64,000 nucleotides of DNA from an uncultured Candidatus Saccharibacteria bacterium (lineage in GTDB: Bacteria > Patescibacteriota > Minisyncoccia > Phycocordibacterales > UBA12088): NCBI GenBank assembly GCA_964411375.1, contig CAYPKR010000001.1, forward strand, positions 40,227 through 104,226. Direction: 5' to 3'. The notes under the pieces were generated by a model, which worked only from the letters and a program-made list of their open reading frames with translations, was not told where the DNA came from and did no database searches. Position numbers and translations under genes: made by a program. This document shows positions 27,204 to 38,007 of the stretch, one piece after another. The first letter of the stretch is position 1. Each line of letters begins with the position of its first letter.

Positions 27204-30200
27204 TCACTTTTTGCCTCGCACTCCGGAGCGTCGACGGACAGCGTGCGACGAAGTCTTCTTTTTTGGTCTTTTTGCAGTATTTTTGACAGTCTTGCGCTTT
27301 GGCGCTGTTGGGCTGTTATAGCAATCGAAGGACATGACCGAGACCTTATTGATTTTCTGAAACGCCTCTTGAATCGTCGAGAGATTTTTAGCGTCCGTGT
27401 TCTTAACTACGAGGAAAATGCCATGCGAGGCACCGTACCCTTGCATGTACGCATCGCGCATCGTTACGTACGAGTCGGACTTCTCAATCGTCTCGACCCG
27501 AGGACTTTGAATGTCACTATTGGAGGTTAGCTTAACTTCAATGACGATCGGACCCGTAAAGCCATATCTCACGAGCAGGTCTGTGCGCTTCTCATTAAGG
27601 AGCTGTGCTTCGCGGGTGATCTCAACCTGAAAACCACGTTTGAGGAGAATGTTTTCAATTTGCATCTTGAGAGTCTTTTGAACCAGCTTTTCGTCATCAC
27701 GACGTTCGCCCGGAGACTTTTTCCTGAGAAGAATATCGTATGCACCCTCTCCTTCGATCCAGCGACGAAGGTCAGTCTCCAGCGCATCCTGAACCTGTCG
27801 GAACAAATCTTCGGAGTTGCGGACTTTCTTGTCACTAAATTCACGAGCATCGTTGTACTTTGTGATGGCTTCGGCAATAGTCTGCGGTTTGCCCAAGTAA
27901 CCAAGATACGACTTTCTTAGATGCGCGAGTCGTCCCGCGAACCAATTCACGCCATCTTGTTCGGACACATTCGCAACTGCAGTCTCCAATTGTTGGAGTG
28001 AATCATACGATCGGCCCTCTTTAAGGTTATCGAAGTAGGCGTAGACGACCTCCCACATGTATTGACCGTATGCATGGAATTGTGGACCGCGGGCCCATAT
28101 CTTAAAGGCCTCATTCAACATATCGAGATAGTCTTGCTCGAATCCCGAATATTTGAGTTCCATCAAGGGCTTGGCAAACGTCTTGCTGTGCGAAATCTCG
28201 TCCTCAAAATCTCCGACGCTATGAACGCGTGCGCCATAGACCTGAGTGAATGGACCGGCTCGTTCAACAATTTGCTTGAGACGCCACCGTATCGCATCAG
28301 CATCGGCATGCGACGTAATGAGTAATCCGCTTGCGATATGCGCGAGCTTTTGGTCACCTGCATCCTTGCTGTCTTTATACTTCTCAAACACCTCCTTCAA
28401 AAAAGAAGCATCTGGAGCCAGCGAATCAAATACAGGCAATGCTTCTTCGCGCACATACTTTTCAATCTGCTCTTCCATAATGAGACCCTTGAGTATGGGA
28501 GCGGCTGCCGTGATGTGGTATTGCTTGGCAGCTTCCACAAAACTCTGCGGCATATGACGCCAGAGATCCGAACTCTTGTTCGTGTACACCTCGAATACTC
28601 TCGTCATCTCCTCTGGCTTGATGTCCTTCACGAGGTCGAAGATGGTGCGTAAATCCTCGTTATACGCGAACGGAATGAGGTTAATGATTTGCTGACGATA
28701 CGGTGATGTATCGAACCCAAGCCGTTTTGCGGCAACAAGTGCATCTCTGAAAATATAGATCGCGGATGCAGTCGTGTATGTTTTTGATCCGTCATGTTGT
28801 GCCGTTATTGTAAGATCAAACTTCCCAGGATCCATGAATTTGAAGACCGTGCCCGACAGCAACTCAAATATCCGCTTTTTGTCATCATTCGAGAGTAGCG
28901 GATCGAGCATATCTGCGTGGTCCGTGTAGAAATCAAAGACATTGGTGCTGTATTTGCCTTCTTCAGGCTCAAGCAAAACTCTAAACTCCTGAAGTAAGCC
29001 CTGACCTCGATCGTCTTGTGGATTCGCCGCGGCTTTTGCCTGTCCCTCCTCCCATTTTTGGTAATCATCCGCAAGGAGCGATCGGCAAGCCTCATAGAGT
29101 TCATTCGCGTTCTTCCTCCTCGAGAACTTGATACGCGTCATTACGGTAAACGCTGAGTACTTCTCTCCCGTATTGAGAAGTGCCTGCACGAAGGGTTGCA
29201 CGTCTTCCAGTTTGATCGTACGGGCAAAGAAACTGTGCGCGAAGTAGAGACCGGTTTTTCCGTCCTCGCTTTCCTTAATGCGACGCACCATATCCATGAC
29301 AAAGCTAGGATCACCTTCGCTCAGAAAATCCCAGAGCCCTTGGAGAAAGACCGATTGCTCGGTGTTATACGCAACACTGTGGTGCACCGATTTCACGAGA
29401 ACTCCTTTAGATAGTTCACGAATCTCGTTATCAGCAACCGCCTTGATACGATCAACAATCACATGATCTTTATCTCGGAAGATCCTCGTGTCGTCGAGGA
29501 ACTCGCGTCGGAAGTTTTCATCATCAATAAAGCGCCTCAAGAAAGCCACCACCGACTCGCGCTTTTTGAATTCAAACAAGCCATAGCGTCCGTGGAAATC
29601 GTCCCGCGCTACTGCTTCGAATACGTGCTGGAGCGTTTTCGGATGATCAGGATCGAGCGCAATACATGCCGAGAGGAATGCCTGCGATACCAATTCATCG
29701 CCCTGCGTCTGGGTGAGCACATCAATGACAGAAGGGTCGCCTAAATCTTCCAGCGCCTCCAGCGCGTGGCGTTGGAGCACGCCGTTTTCATCCTTATCTT
29801 GCGCATACGCGATGAGCTTTTCGCGCCAGTATGGTTTATCAACCGATATTTTATTGCGGAGCAAGTACGCGACCACGTAGCAAATGTTGCCGAGCGGCAC
29901 ATATCGAAACGCATCTTTCTGCGACTCAGCCTCTGTTACCCAAACTTTGAGTTGAGACTCTAGCGAAGGGTCGTAAAAATCCGGGAGAGCCTGCGTAATC
30001 TGACCAGATATCCATTGTCGCGTGCGTCGGTGGTATTCAATGACATCCTTAAAGAGGGCTATGCGGAATGCAGCAGGAACATTGCGCGGATCAACACGAC
30101 TGAGGAAGTGAAAGAAATTTTCATCGAGTACCTTGAACTTGTTACCGCGCAACCCTGAAAACTCGACAAACTGCTCAAGCAGATTGGGCTGCATGTCCAC

Positions 30201-31301
30201 GAGGAACGTAAGCGCGTTAAACCATGTGGGATAGATTTCTTTTACATTCGGATCAACGGCGAATGCAAACGCGGCGCGATTCGGGTCTGCGAAGCGCGTA
30301 ATTTCTTTCGCTGCGAGGTATTCTTGAAATTCTGTGTTCTCAAACTCAATCTTGTCGAGATTTTCATGACTCACTTTGAGCAAGGAATACTCATAGAAAA
30401 CATCTATGCCAATGCTCGAGAGTGCGGCGGTTTTTAGATCGGATTTCAGATCATCGAAAAACGTCATAAGCTCATCTTGCGTAATGACATTCGTTTGGTA
30501 GATCTCCATTCCAAGCGCGAGCTTCTCAAGCACGCGCTTGGTGATGGCTCGCTTGTCCTCATTCAGCTTTTTCTCCTCGAGTTCGAGCTTCTTGTAGATG
30601 AAGTGCTCGAACAGCTCATTGCGGGAGACCTTTGCCGCAGCATCCAAACCCTTCACTTTCAAGTAGTCATCGAGATAAAAGAGATATCGCGGAATCTGAA
30701 TCACGAGCATGCGGTGGCTGAACGACATCATTCGGTTGAGAAGTGTGTCGACATCGCGTTCCGCTCGTCCGGCAGAAATAAGGTACTCGCGTATCTGCGA
30801 GCGCGTAAAAGGTGAGATACTTATGAACCGAAATTCAGGAAAAGAATTCGCGTAGCGGCTGACGAAGACCCAGCGTCCCGAAATGAAAAGCTGAAGTTCA
30901 GGATGCGCTTTTGAAATCTCCTCGATTTTTTGTAACACCGCAGGGAACGTGCTCGACTTTACCTCATCGAGCGCGTCGAGTAACAGGGCTTGCGGCTTTT
31001 GCTCTGCGCCAAGAGCGCTATCTATTTGCTGCAGGGCATCATTGTCTCGTAAGCTAACGAGAACAGTGGTCGTGCCTTGAGCTTCCAAATGCTTATGGAT
31101 TTTTTGCAGAAGAAGGGTTTTGCCGATTCCTGGCTCCCCAACAATTAGGCTGCGGTTACCTTGGGCGAGCCCGTCGATGGCGGTTATTTCCTCATCTTCG
31201 AAGATAGCCAGGCCACCGAATTTATCAAAAAACTCCTTCGCTTCGGCGAAGGTGGTATGCACTTTCGTAATGGGCTGGATATAGATGTCTTTGGGGTTCA
31301 T
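27204..31301 (-). CDS. STAND/NACHT-like NTPase with helical repeats and a C-terminal PD-(D/E)xK nuclease-like domain
   Basis: Walker A GEPGIGKT, Walker B LLLDALDE, FENTEFQEYLAA, C-terminal EKRTDLLV..IVIEVK; start MNPKDIY. Confidence 0.8.
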   Translation of the reverse strand: MNPKDIYIQPITKVHTTFAEAKEFFDKFGGLAIFEDEEITAIDGLAQGNRSLIVGEPGIGKTLLLQKIHKHLEAQGTTTVLVSLRDNDALQQIDSALGAEQKPQALLLDALDEVKSSTFPAVLQKIEEISKAHPELQLFISGRWVFVSRYANSFPEFRFISISPFTRSQIREYLISAGRAERDVDTLLNRMMSFSHRMLVIQIPRYLFYLDDYLKVKGLDAAAKVSRNELFEHFIYKKLELEEKKLNEDKRAITKRVLEKLALGMEIYQTNVITQDELMTFFDDLKSDLKTAALSSIGIDVFYEYSLLKVSHENLDKIEFENTEFQEYLAAKEITRFADPNRAAFAFAVDPNVKEIYPTWFNALTFLVDMQPNLLEQFVEFSGLRGNKFKVLDENFFHFLSRVDPRNVPAAFRIALFKDVIEYHRRTRQWISGQITQALPDFYDPSLESQLKVWVTEAESQKDAFRYVPLGNICYVVAYLLRNKISVDKPYWREKLIAYAQDKDENGVLQRHALEALEDLGDPSVIDVLTQTQGDELVSQAFLSACIALDPDHPKTLQHVFEAVARDDFHGRYGLFEFKKRESVVAFLRRFIDDENFRREFLDDTRIFRDKDHVIVDRIKAVADNEIRELSKGVLVKSVHHSVAYNTEQSVFLQGLWDFLSEGDPSFVMDMVRRIKESEDGKTGLYFAHSFFARTIKLEDVQPFVQALLNTGEKYSAFTVMTRIKFSRRKNANELYEACRSLLADDYQKWEEGQAKAAANPQDDRGQGLLQEFRVLLEPEEGKYSTNVFDFYTDHADMLDPLLSNDDKKRIFELLSGTVFKFMDPGKFDLTITAQHDGSKTYTTASAIYIFRDALVAAKRLGFDTSPYRQQIINLIPFAYNEDLRTIFDLVKDIKPEEMTRVFEVYTNKSSDLWRHMPQSFVEAAKQYHITAAAPILKGLIMEEQIEKYVREEALPVFDSLAPDASFLKEVFEKYKDSKDAGDQKLAHIASGLLITSHADADAIRWRLKQIVERAGPFTQVYGARVHSVGDFEDEISHSKTFAKPLMELKYSGFEQDYLDMLNEAFKIWARGPQFHAYGQYMWEVVYAYFDNLKEGRSYDSLQQLETAVANVSEQDGVNWFAGRLAHLRKSYLGYLGKPQTIAEAITKYNDAREFSDKKVRNSEDLFRQVQDALETDLRRWIEGEGAYDILLRKKSPGERRDDEKLVQKTLKMQIENILLKRGFQVEITREAQLLNEKRTDLLVRYGFTGPIVIEVKLTSNSDIQSPRVETIEKSDSYVTMRDAYMQGYGASHGIFLVVKNTDAKNLSTIQEAFQKINKVSVMSFDCYNSPTAPKRKTVKNTAKRPKKKTSSHAVRRRSGVRGKK

Positions 31302-31369
31302 GCAGGTACATTTTCTCACTTTGGACGGTGAGCAGCAAACAAAGGCATATCTTGCTAAAATCGTCATAT

Positions 31370-31999
31370 ATGAGCCAATTCTCCAGACACACCATCGCTG
31401 AATACCTTCCTGAAATTAAGGGCATTTGTGCCTCTGTTGAAGTGGAAATGGCAAGACATGATCTGGACGGTCTCCTCCAGCTGCAACCCCTCCCCGCCAT
31501 TGAGCAGTACGGGCGCTCAAAGATTGTCTACGCCATGATGCTTGTTGGCGAATGGCTTAAGGACACCCCTTTCAGCACGCACTCGACCTATCTTAAGAAA
31601 AACGACAAAGGTGCAAGATGGGCAGACATGCTCAAAATCCTGAACGCCAAAATCCTTGAGTATCAGAATGACGTGCCCGTGATCGTTCTCAATCTATCCC
31701 GAAGCGGACATATCACGCGCACGGTCGACGGTAGTACGTTCGAGCATGATTTTGAAAGCGACGGCTTCAAAAAAGAAATACTTGTTATGCTTCACGAGAA
31801 CGACGGTTATGTGCAAACAAAAGATTTGAAACAACGCACTGGCTCAAAGAGCACTGAATCTGTGGCAAAAACGATTGCAGCTATAAACAACGTACTGAGA
31901 GCAAAACTTCAGCTTCCTGTAAAAGAAAAAGTAATTGGGAGCAAACGTGCTTCTGGGTATCGTCTCAACCCGCTGTACAACATAGTGATCAAAAATTGA
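31370..31999 (+). CDS. Hypothetical protein with a C-terminal winged-helix-like region
   Basis: ESVAKTIAAINNVLRAKL..IGSKRASGYRLNP resembles OmpR-type wHTH. Confidence 0.6.
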   Translation: MSQFSRHTIAEYLPEIKGICASVEVEMARHDLDGLLQLQPLPAIEQYGRSKIVYAMMLVGEWLKDTPFSTHSTYLKKNDKGARWADMLKILNAKILEYQNDVPVIVLNLSRSGHITRTVDGSTFEHDFESDGFKKEILVMLHENDGYVQTKDLKQRTGSKSTESVAKTIAAINNVLRAKLQLPVKEKVIGSKRASGYRLNPLYNIVIKN

Positions 32000-32119
32000 T
32001 ACTTCCCACATCCGGAGTGGAAAAGTGGCTCTATCGTCCCGAAGCTACGGGATTTTTTGCTGATGCCATTCCAGATGCGTTCCATGTAAATATGGTGCCG
32101 CTTGCGCCATTGTTATTAC

Positions 32120-33394
32120 ATGGCTACAAAATTGCGATGGCACACCGACGAACGCAGAGTTAGCGACCTTGTGCCAAATATTAAAAATCCGCGCAAGATG
32201 TCCCCGAAGCAGATTGAGGACTTAAAGCGTTCGCTTAAGAAATTTGACCTCGTCGAGCTACCGGTCGTCGATACAGACAACAAAGTCATCGCGGGACATC
32301 AGCGGCTCATGGTTCTCAAACTCCTTACCCGCGAAAATGATCTCATTCCTGTACGCGTCCCAAATCGCAAACTTACCCAAAAAGAGTACGACCAGTACCT
32401 CCTTGGGAGTAACCGCATCCATGGTGATTGGGACTGGCAGGCGCTTGCGGACAATTTCGATATTGAGACGCTCCTCTCCTCCGGCTTCGACGACATCGAC
32501 ATGGTGCATATTTTTGACGACCTTGAAGTTGAGGATGACGAGTTCGATGTCGAAAAAGAACTCGAGAAAATCAAGAAACCGAAGTCTAAGACCGGCGAGC
32601 TGTATCAACTCGGTAACCACAGAATCATATGTGGCGACAGCACTGACCCCGGAGTTCTGAAAAAGTTGATGGGTGACAAGAAAGCAAGCTCAATTCTTCA
32701 AGACCCACCATACAACATCTCCCTCGACTACAACAAAGGCATCGGCGGCAAGCGCAACTACGGCGGTACAGTTGACGACGCGAAGCCCGACAAGGAGTAC
32801 AAAAAGTTTCTGAAATCGGCTCTTGAGAATGCACTGTCAGTCTTAGAGAAAGACGCACACGTATTCACATACTGCGATCAGAAGTACATCTGGCTCTTGC
32901 AGACCCTCTACGCCGAGCTCGGTATCGCTAACAAGCGCATGTGTTTGTGGGTAAAGAATAATTCCACTCCCACGCCGCAAGTTGCGTTCAACAAGCAGTA
33001 CGAGCCGTGCGTATATGGCACGGTTGGCAAACCGTATCTGAGCGAGAAAGTACTCAATCTCTCGGAAGTGCTCAACAAAGAAATCGGCACGGGCAACCGC
33101 ACACTGGAGGACATCTACGACATGATCGACATTTGGATGGTTAAACGCCTCAACGGCACAAACTATCAGCACCCTACCGAAAAGCCCCCGATGCTCCACG
33201 AGAAAGCCCTGCGCCGTTGCACGAAGCCTGGCAACATCGTGCTGGATTGCTTCGGCGGTTCAGGATCTCTTTTGATTGCATGCGAACAACTTAAGAGAAG
33301 TGCGTACTTGGTCGAACGCGAGCCCATATTCGTTGACTTGGTAATACGTCGCTATGAAAAACTCACTGGCAACAAAGCGAAAAAGCTCAACTAG
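32120..33394 (+). CDS. ParB-like + N6A/N4C DNA methyltransferase
   Basis: NPRKM..IAGHQRL (ParB), GDST, DPPYN, HPTEKP, LDCFGGSGS. Confidence 0.92.
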   Translation: MATKLRWHTDERRVSDLVPNIKNPRKMSPKQIEDLKRSLKKFDLVELPVVDTDNKVIAGHQRLMVLKLLTRENDLIPVRVPNRKLTQKEYDQYLLGSNRIHGDWDWQALADNFDIETLLSSGFDDIDMVHIFDDLEVEDDEFDVEKELEKIKKPKSKTGELYQLGNHRIICGDSTDPGVLKKLMGDKKASSILQDPPYNISLDYNKGIGGKRNYGGTVDDAKPDKEYKKFLKSALENALSVLEKDAHVFTYCDQKYIWLLQTLYAELGIANKRMCLWVKNNSTPTPQVAFNKQYEPCVYGTVGKPYLSEKVLNLSEVLNKEIGTGNRTLEDIYDMIDIWMVKRLNGTNYQHPTEKPPMLHEKALRRCTKPGNIVLDCFGGSGSLLIACEQLKRSAYLVEREPIFVDLVIRRYEKLTGNKAKKLN

Positions 33395-34118
33395 GTGCTG
33401 GCAGCTTGGCGACCATCGCCTAGTGCAGGGTGACTCCACCGATCCCGAGATCGTGCGGATGGTCATGGGCATCGAGAAAGCGAATCTCATCTGCACTGAC
33501 CCACCATACGGCGTGGCAGTCGCAGAATCAAAACGCAACTTCCGCACGCTCTCAAAAGACAAGAACATCGCCAACGATCACTTGCAGTCTGATGATGAAT
33601 ATCACCAGTTCTCGCGAGCGTGGCTGGAAGCCATCGCTCCGCACCTCGCCAAGAAAAACAGCGTGTACATCTTTAACGCGGACAAAATGGTGTGGTCTTT
33701 GCGCGATGGTATGGTCGATGCGGGATTCAAGGTGGCACAACTTCTCCTCTGGGTGAAGCAACAATCGGTTATCGGACGCTTGGACTATGCCCCGCAGCAC
33801 GAACTCATCGTGTATGGGTGGTTCGGTACGCACCACTTTAGACGCTCTAAAGATAAGTCGGTGTTGTTCTACCCACGTCCGAACAAGTCTAAGCTCCACC
33901 CGACGACAAAGCCGCTCGGGCTAGTACGTCGCCTTATTCTCAACAGCACGAATATCGGTGACGTTGTCTTTGACGGCTTCCTCGGGAGCGGCACCACTCT
34001 CTTGGCATGTGAACAAACGAAACGCCGATGTTTTGGCATTGAACTGGATTCCGAGTACTGCCAGACCATCATCAAACGCTGGGAAAACATGACCGGCAAA
34101 AAAGCAAAACAAATATGA
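33354..34118 (+). CDS. N6A/N4C DNA methyltransferase
   Basis: TDPPYG, HPTTKP, FDGFLGSGTT. Confidence 0.92.
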   Translation: MKNSLATKRKSSTRCWQLGDHRLVQGDSTDPEIVRMVMGIEKANLICTDPPYGVAVAESKRNFRTLSKDKNIANDHLQSDDEYHQFSRAWLEAIAPHLAKKNSVYIFNADKMVWSLRDGMVDAGFKVAQLLLWVKQQSVIGRLDYAPQHELIVYGWFGTHHFRRSKDKSVLFYPRPNKSKLHPTTKPLGLVRRLILNSTNIGDVVFDGFLGSGTTLLACEQTKRRCFGIELDSEYCQTIIKRWENMTGKKAKQI

Positions 34119-34531
34119 AAAAGACCGATCAAACCAAAGAAGCGCTTCTCGAACAGCTACGAAAAACACCTATCGTGCAGATTGCATGCGAGAAGCTCGG
34201 TATCAGCCGCTGGACCTTCTACCGCTGGAAGAAGGAAGATGCTGACTTTGCCAAGAAAGTCGACGAGGCACTTCTGGAAGGATGCCTGCTGGTAAACGAC
34301 CTCGCGGAATCACAGCTCATCTCCGCCATCAAGGATCGCAATATGCACGCGGTCATGGCATGGCTCAAACACCACCATCCTTCGTACAAAACCAGAGTGG
34401 AGATCGAAGGAAAACTTGAGACGGTGCAGGAAATGACCGACGAACAAAAAGAGTTGGTGCAAAAAGCTTTAGAGTTAGCAAATATTCAGCTAAAAGAACA
34501 TGGAAACGATCAGGGACACTGCGACGTTTGA
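34115..34531 (+). CDS. HTH protein, probable terminase small subunit
   Basis: ACEKLGISRWTFYRWKKED; directly upstream of the large terminase. Confidence 0.7.
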   Translation: MKKTDQTKEALLEQLRKTPIVQIACEKLGISRWTFYRWKKEDADFAKKVDEALLEGCLLVNDLAESQLISAIKDRNMHAVMAWLKHHHPSYKTRVEIEGKLETVQEMTDEQKELVQKALELANIQLKEHGNDQGHCDV

Positions 34532-35996
34532 GGCCATTGCGCAGGATCGTCTCGTGCGGCGTACGGTGACGCGCGAGAGTCACCTCATGTTTTTCTACGT
34601 GTATTTCTCCCACTACGTCACGTATCCAATTGCTGAATTTCAGAAGGACATCTTTCGTATCACCGAGGATCAAAGCAACAAACTCGCGGTCATTGTGGCA
34701 TTTCGTGGATCCGGTAAGTCAACCCTCGTTACCTTTTCATATTCCCTCTGGGCCATGCTCGGCGTTCAACAGAAGAAATTCGTACTCATTATTTGCCAAA
34801 CGCAAACCCAAGCCAAGCAACATCTCATTAACCTCAAGCGGGAGCTGGAGAGTAATATGCTGTTGCGTAACGACCTCGGACCCTTTCAGGAAGAGAACGG
34901 TGAATGGGGTGCTTCCGCTTTAGTGTTCCCACAACTGAAGGCTAAGATCATGGCCGTCTCAACTGAGCAGAGTATCCGCGGCCTCCGTCACAACCAGCAC
35001 CGTCCCGACCTCATTATCTGCGACGACCTTGAGGATATGGCGTCAGTAAAAACATATGAGAATCGTCAGAAGATATACAACTGGCTCTGCGGCGAAGTGA
35101 TGCCGCTCGGAGATCGCAGTACTCGGTTTGTAGTGGTGGGCAACCTCCTTCACGAGGACTCGTTGGTCATGCGGCTACGGAGAGACATTGTCGAAGGACA
35201 GCGCAATGGCACTTTCAAGATTTTCCCTCTAATCACCAGTGACGGAGCGATCGCCTGGCCGGGCAAATATCCGACACCGGAGGCTGTTGCCGAGGAAAGG
35301 ATGAAAAGCGGTAATGAGTATGCGTGGCAGCGAGAGTATCTCCTCAACATTATTCCTGATGAGGATCAGGTCATTCAGAAAGAATGGATCCATTACTATG
35401 ATGCCCTGCCCACTCGGCGCGATACCTACCATGGCATCTTTACGGGAGTTGATCTGGCAATTTCTCAAAAAGAAACTGCGGACTATACCGCCATAGTGAG
35501 CGGACTCATTAGCCACGACGAGAATTTCTGCGTGTATATTCTTCCCAACATGGTGAACCGGCGCATGAACTTTCCGGAGACAATCAAACAACTCAAAGAG
35601 ATTAATGCTGCGAACAAGAAAATGTACTCATCGCATATTTTGGTCGAGGAGGTCGGCTATCAAAAGGCGGTAATCGATCAGCTTGCGCATGATTCTCTGA
35701 ATGTCGAAGGCGTCAAAATCAGCACCGATAAGCGCTCGCGTCTTATATCCATCTCCGCCATGATTCAAAGTGGCAAGATAAAGTTCCCTCGGCATGGCGC
35801 GGAAGCTCTCATACGTCAGATTGTCGGCTTCGGAGTTGAGCGACATGACGATCTTGTGGATGCGTTTACACTCCTTGCCCATCATGCTATTCAATTCGAC
35901 CGAGAGGCTCCTCAATTCTTAGTTATAGACCTCACTCCAAACAGATGGGACGATGGGGAGGGTTGGTTTCCGCTGAGTCTCAACACTCGTTTTTAA
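34500..35996 (+). CDS. Terminase large subunit
   Basis: AFRGSGKST Walker A, IICDDLED Walker B, GVDLA and HDDLVDA nuclease motifs, WQREY. Confidence 0.9.
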   Translation: METIRDTATFEAIAQDRLVRRTVTRESHLMFFYVYFSHYVTYPIAEFQKDIFRITEDQSNKLAVIVAFRGSGKSTLVTFSYSLWAMLGVQQKKFVLIICQTQTQAKQHLINLKRELESNMLLRNDLGPFQEENGEWGASALVFPQLKAKIMAVSTEQSIRGLRHNQHRPDLIICDDLEDMASVKTYENRQKIYNWLCGEVMPLGDRSTRFVVVGNLLHEDSLVMRLRRDIVEGQRNGTFKIFPLITSDGAIAWPGKYPTPEAVAEERMKSGNEYAWQREYLLNIIPDEDQVIQKEWIHYYDALPTRRDTYHGIFTGVDLAISQKETADYTAIVSGLISHDENFCVYILPNMVNRRMNFPETIKQLKEINAANKKMYSSHILVEEVGYQKAVIDQLAHDSLNVEGVKISTDKRSRLISISAMIQSGKIKFPRHGAEALIRQIVGFGVERHDDLVDAFTLLAHHAIQFDREAPQFLVIDLTPNRWDDGEGWFPLSLNTRF

Positions 35997-36186
35997 GTTA
36001 CCAACTCCGCATATATAGGCCTACGTGTCATCCCTTGAGGAATGAAGTCTGTGGACGTTGGAAATCTGAGGTACGTGCAGAAACTCTTGGGTATCTGTAT
36101 ACAGCTATTGCGAAAGATCGAGAAAGAATCAGCAAAGCCCAAGAACCAGCCATCGCTCCCGTTTCGAAATAGTCGAAAACGAAAAC

Positions 36187-37065
36187 CTAGAAGCCGGTAG
36201 CAGCCGTCGTAATATCTGTGCCGTATCCGAGATCCTTGAATACCATGGTGTAGCCGCTTGAGCCTGTGGGTATCTCAAAGCCAAGGCTGCCTGTGACGGT
36301 TGCATGAGGCTGAAGCGTGAACGTTGGCATTTTCGCATCGGTGAGCACCATGGTGTATGTGGCTCCGGCAGCGTCTTTGAGGTAGAAGAAGAATTCACTG
36401 CACTGTGTTTCTCCACCATCGAGCGCATGACACGTGAGAGGTTTGTCGCCATTGTTGGTGATTGAGACATCGACACGAACTCTCTCGTGTCCTTCTTGAG
36501 GAGTCGAGCCATACTTTTCAGTGTATGGACGTTTGTACCCAGTTACCTTGAGAGAAATGTTCTCGAAGTTCTTTACCTGCGAGATAACGTTGGCGATACT
36601 CGAGCGGAAACACCAGCTGGTGCCAGATTTCTCGAGTGTCATGAGTTGAGTTTCGCTTTTACCGTCAGAGGTATTTTCAACGAGCTGAACCGATGCACCA
36701 TTGTTTTCTTCCAGAACACTCTTGATTTCAAAGTTGGTAAGACGCGTTGCACCCCATATGTTGGTGAGAGCTTTTACATATTCAGTCTTGGTTGCACCCG
36801 TCCTGTCTTGCGGACAGACGAGGTCGTACATCTTGGCGAAATCGCGCTGCTGCGTGTACCGCTCTACCTTGGTTGCGAAGGCAGAAGCGGATGACTGTTC
36901 ACTGTCGGTCAGCTCGCCATCTTGCACCTCTCTGGCAGCAACTTCAGAGTTAGTGGTATCGGTAACTTGATCAGTACGTGAGGCGCTATTGGACCACCAA
37001 TACACACCTCCGCCAAGAACCATAATTGCAACAATTACTGCTGCTATCCAATGGGCTTTATCCAT
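36187..37065 (-). CDS. Membrane-anchored exported protein (DUF4352-like C-terminus)
   Basis: N-terminal TM; VDVSITNNG, LKDAAGATY, LQPHATVTGSLGFEIP. Confidence 0.7.
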   Translation of the reverse strand: MDKAHWIAAVIVAIMVLGGGVYWWSNSASRTDQVTDTTNSEVAAREVQDGELTDSEQSSASAFATKVERYTQQRDFAKMYDLVCPQDRTGATKTEYVKALTNIWGATRLTNFEIKSVLEENNGASVQLVENTSDGKSETQLMTLEKSGTSWCFRSSIANVISQVKNFENISLKVTGYKRPYTEKYGSTPQEGHERVRVDVSITNNGDKPLTCHALDGGETQCSEFFFYLKDAAGATYTMVLTDAKMPTFTLQPHATVTGSLGFEIPTGSSGYTMVFKDLGYGTDITTAATGF

Positions 37066-37229
37066 AGTTTAAAGGGTTTTTATTGACTAATAACGGACCC
37101 TAGTGTTCCTAGCTTAGTTTCGGAGAGTTGCGAAGGGGGTTACCAACAGCGCCCTTTTGAGGCGCAATTTGAGCATAACATAAATATCTAAAGTTTGGAT
37201 ATTCAGTTCTTGGATAGACGCTTAATGGT

Positions 37230-37448
37230 ATGGGAAAGTCTATCCATACCAAGGAGTACAAAATATTTGTTGAGCGTTTGAGAAAGGCACGACTTGAAGC
37301 AGGTCTTACGCAGGTAGAAGCCGCAAAGAAATTAGGTCGCCCTCAATCTCATATCTCCAACGTTGAGACCGGACAGCAACGGGTAGATATCGTGGAGCTT
37401 AAACGGTTCGCGAACCTCTACGGAAAGAGCGTCAGCTATTTCCTCTAA
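37230..37448 (+). CDS. XRE-family HTH regulator
   Basis: LRKARLEAGLTQVEAAKKLGRPQSHISNVETG. Confidence 0.9.
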   Translation: MGKSIHTKEYKIFVERLRKARLEAGLTQVEAAKKLGRPQSHISNVETGQQRVDIVELKRFANLYGKSVSYFL

Positions 37449-37469
37449 ACAACCGCCCCTCTAAGGGGC

Positions 37470-38000
37470 CTAGGCCTCTTTGATTGAAAGCCGTGGCAAT
37501 GCACTAAGCGCACGGATGCTCTCAAATACCGCAACAAGAGCGGTTGTGTACAACACATCGCCAACAAGCATATTTCTTAAAAATGGAAGTCCCAGTTCAT
37601 ACGAGTATAGAAGTCCAGAAATGGACTTCTCATACCATGGAGAGAACGCCCACACCGCACCGTTGGTAATTAAGAAGAAGATAAGTGAGGCTCCGATTAT
37701 TGATAATCCGACGGGCAATAAAGTTCGATATCTTGCAGCAACAAAACTAAGAAGACCAATCAAGACAAATGATCCGTACACTGAGAACAATATTTTCCAA
37801 TCGTAGAATCCGATGAGCACATCAGAGAGAAGAAGCATGAGTATTGGCAGTAGAATCGCCCATTTCCTGCCGAGGTACAAACTCCCAGTAAATGCTATTG
37901 CTGTGATCGGCGTCATATTCGGCGCATGAGGTAAAAGTCGCACGACAATACCGAAGAGAATAAGGATGCATGTTGTTATGATGATATTGTTCTTATTCAT
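37470..38000 (-). CDS. Probable cobalamin transporter (ECF S-component/BtuM-like, DUF6580-type)
   Basis: RLLPHAPNMTPITAIA, FFLITNGAVW, GLPF; hydrophobic; in the B12 operon. Confidence 0.75.
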   Translation of the reverse strand: MNKNNIIITTCILILFGIVVRLLPHAPNMTPITAIAFTGSLYLGRKWAILLPILMLLLSDVLIGFYDWKILFSVYGSFVLIGLLSFVAARYRTLLPVGLSIIGASLIFFLITNGAVWAFSPWYEKSISGLLYSYELGLPFLRNMLVGDVLYTTALVAVFESIRALSALPRLSIKEA

Positions 38001-38007
38001 AATTTGA

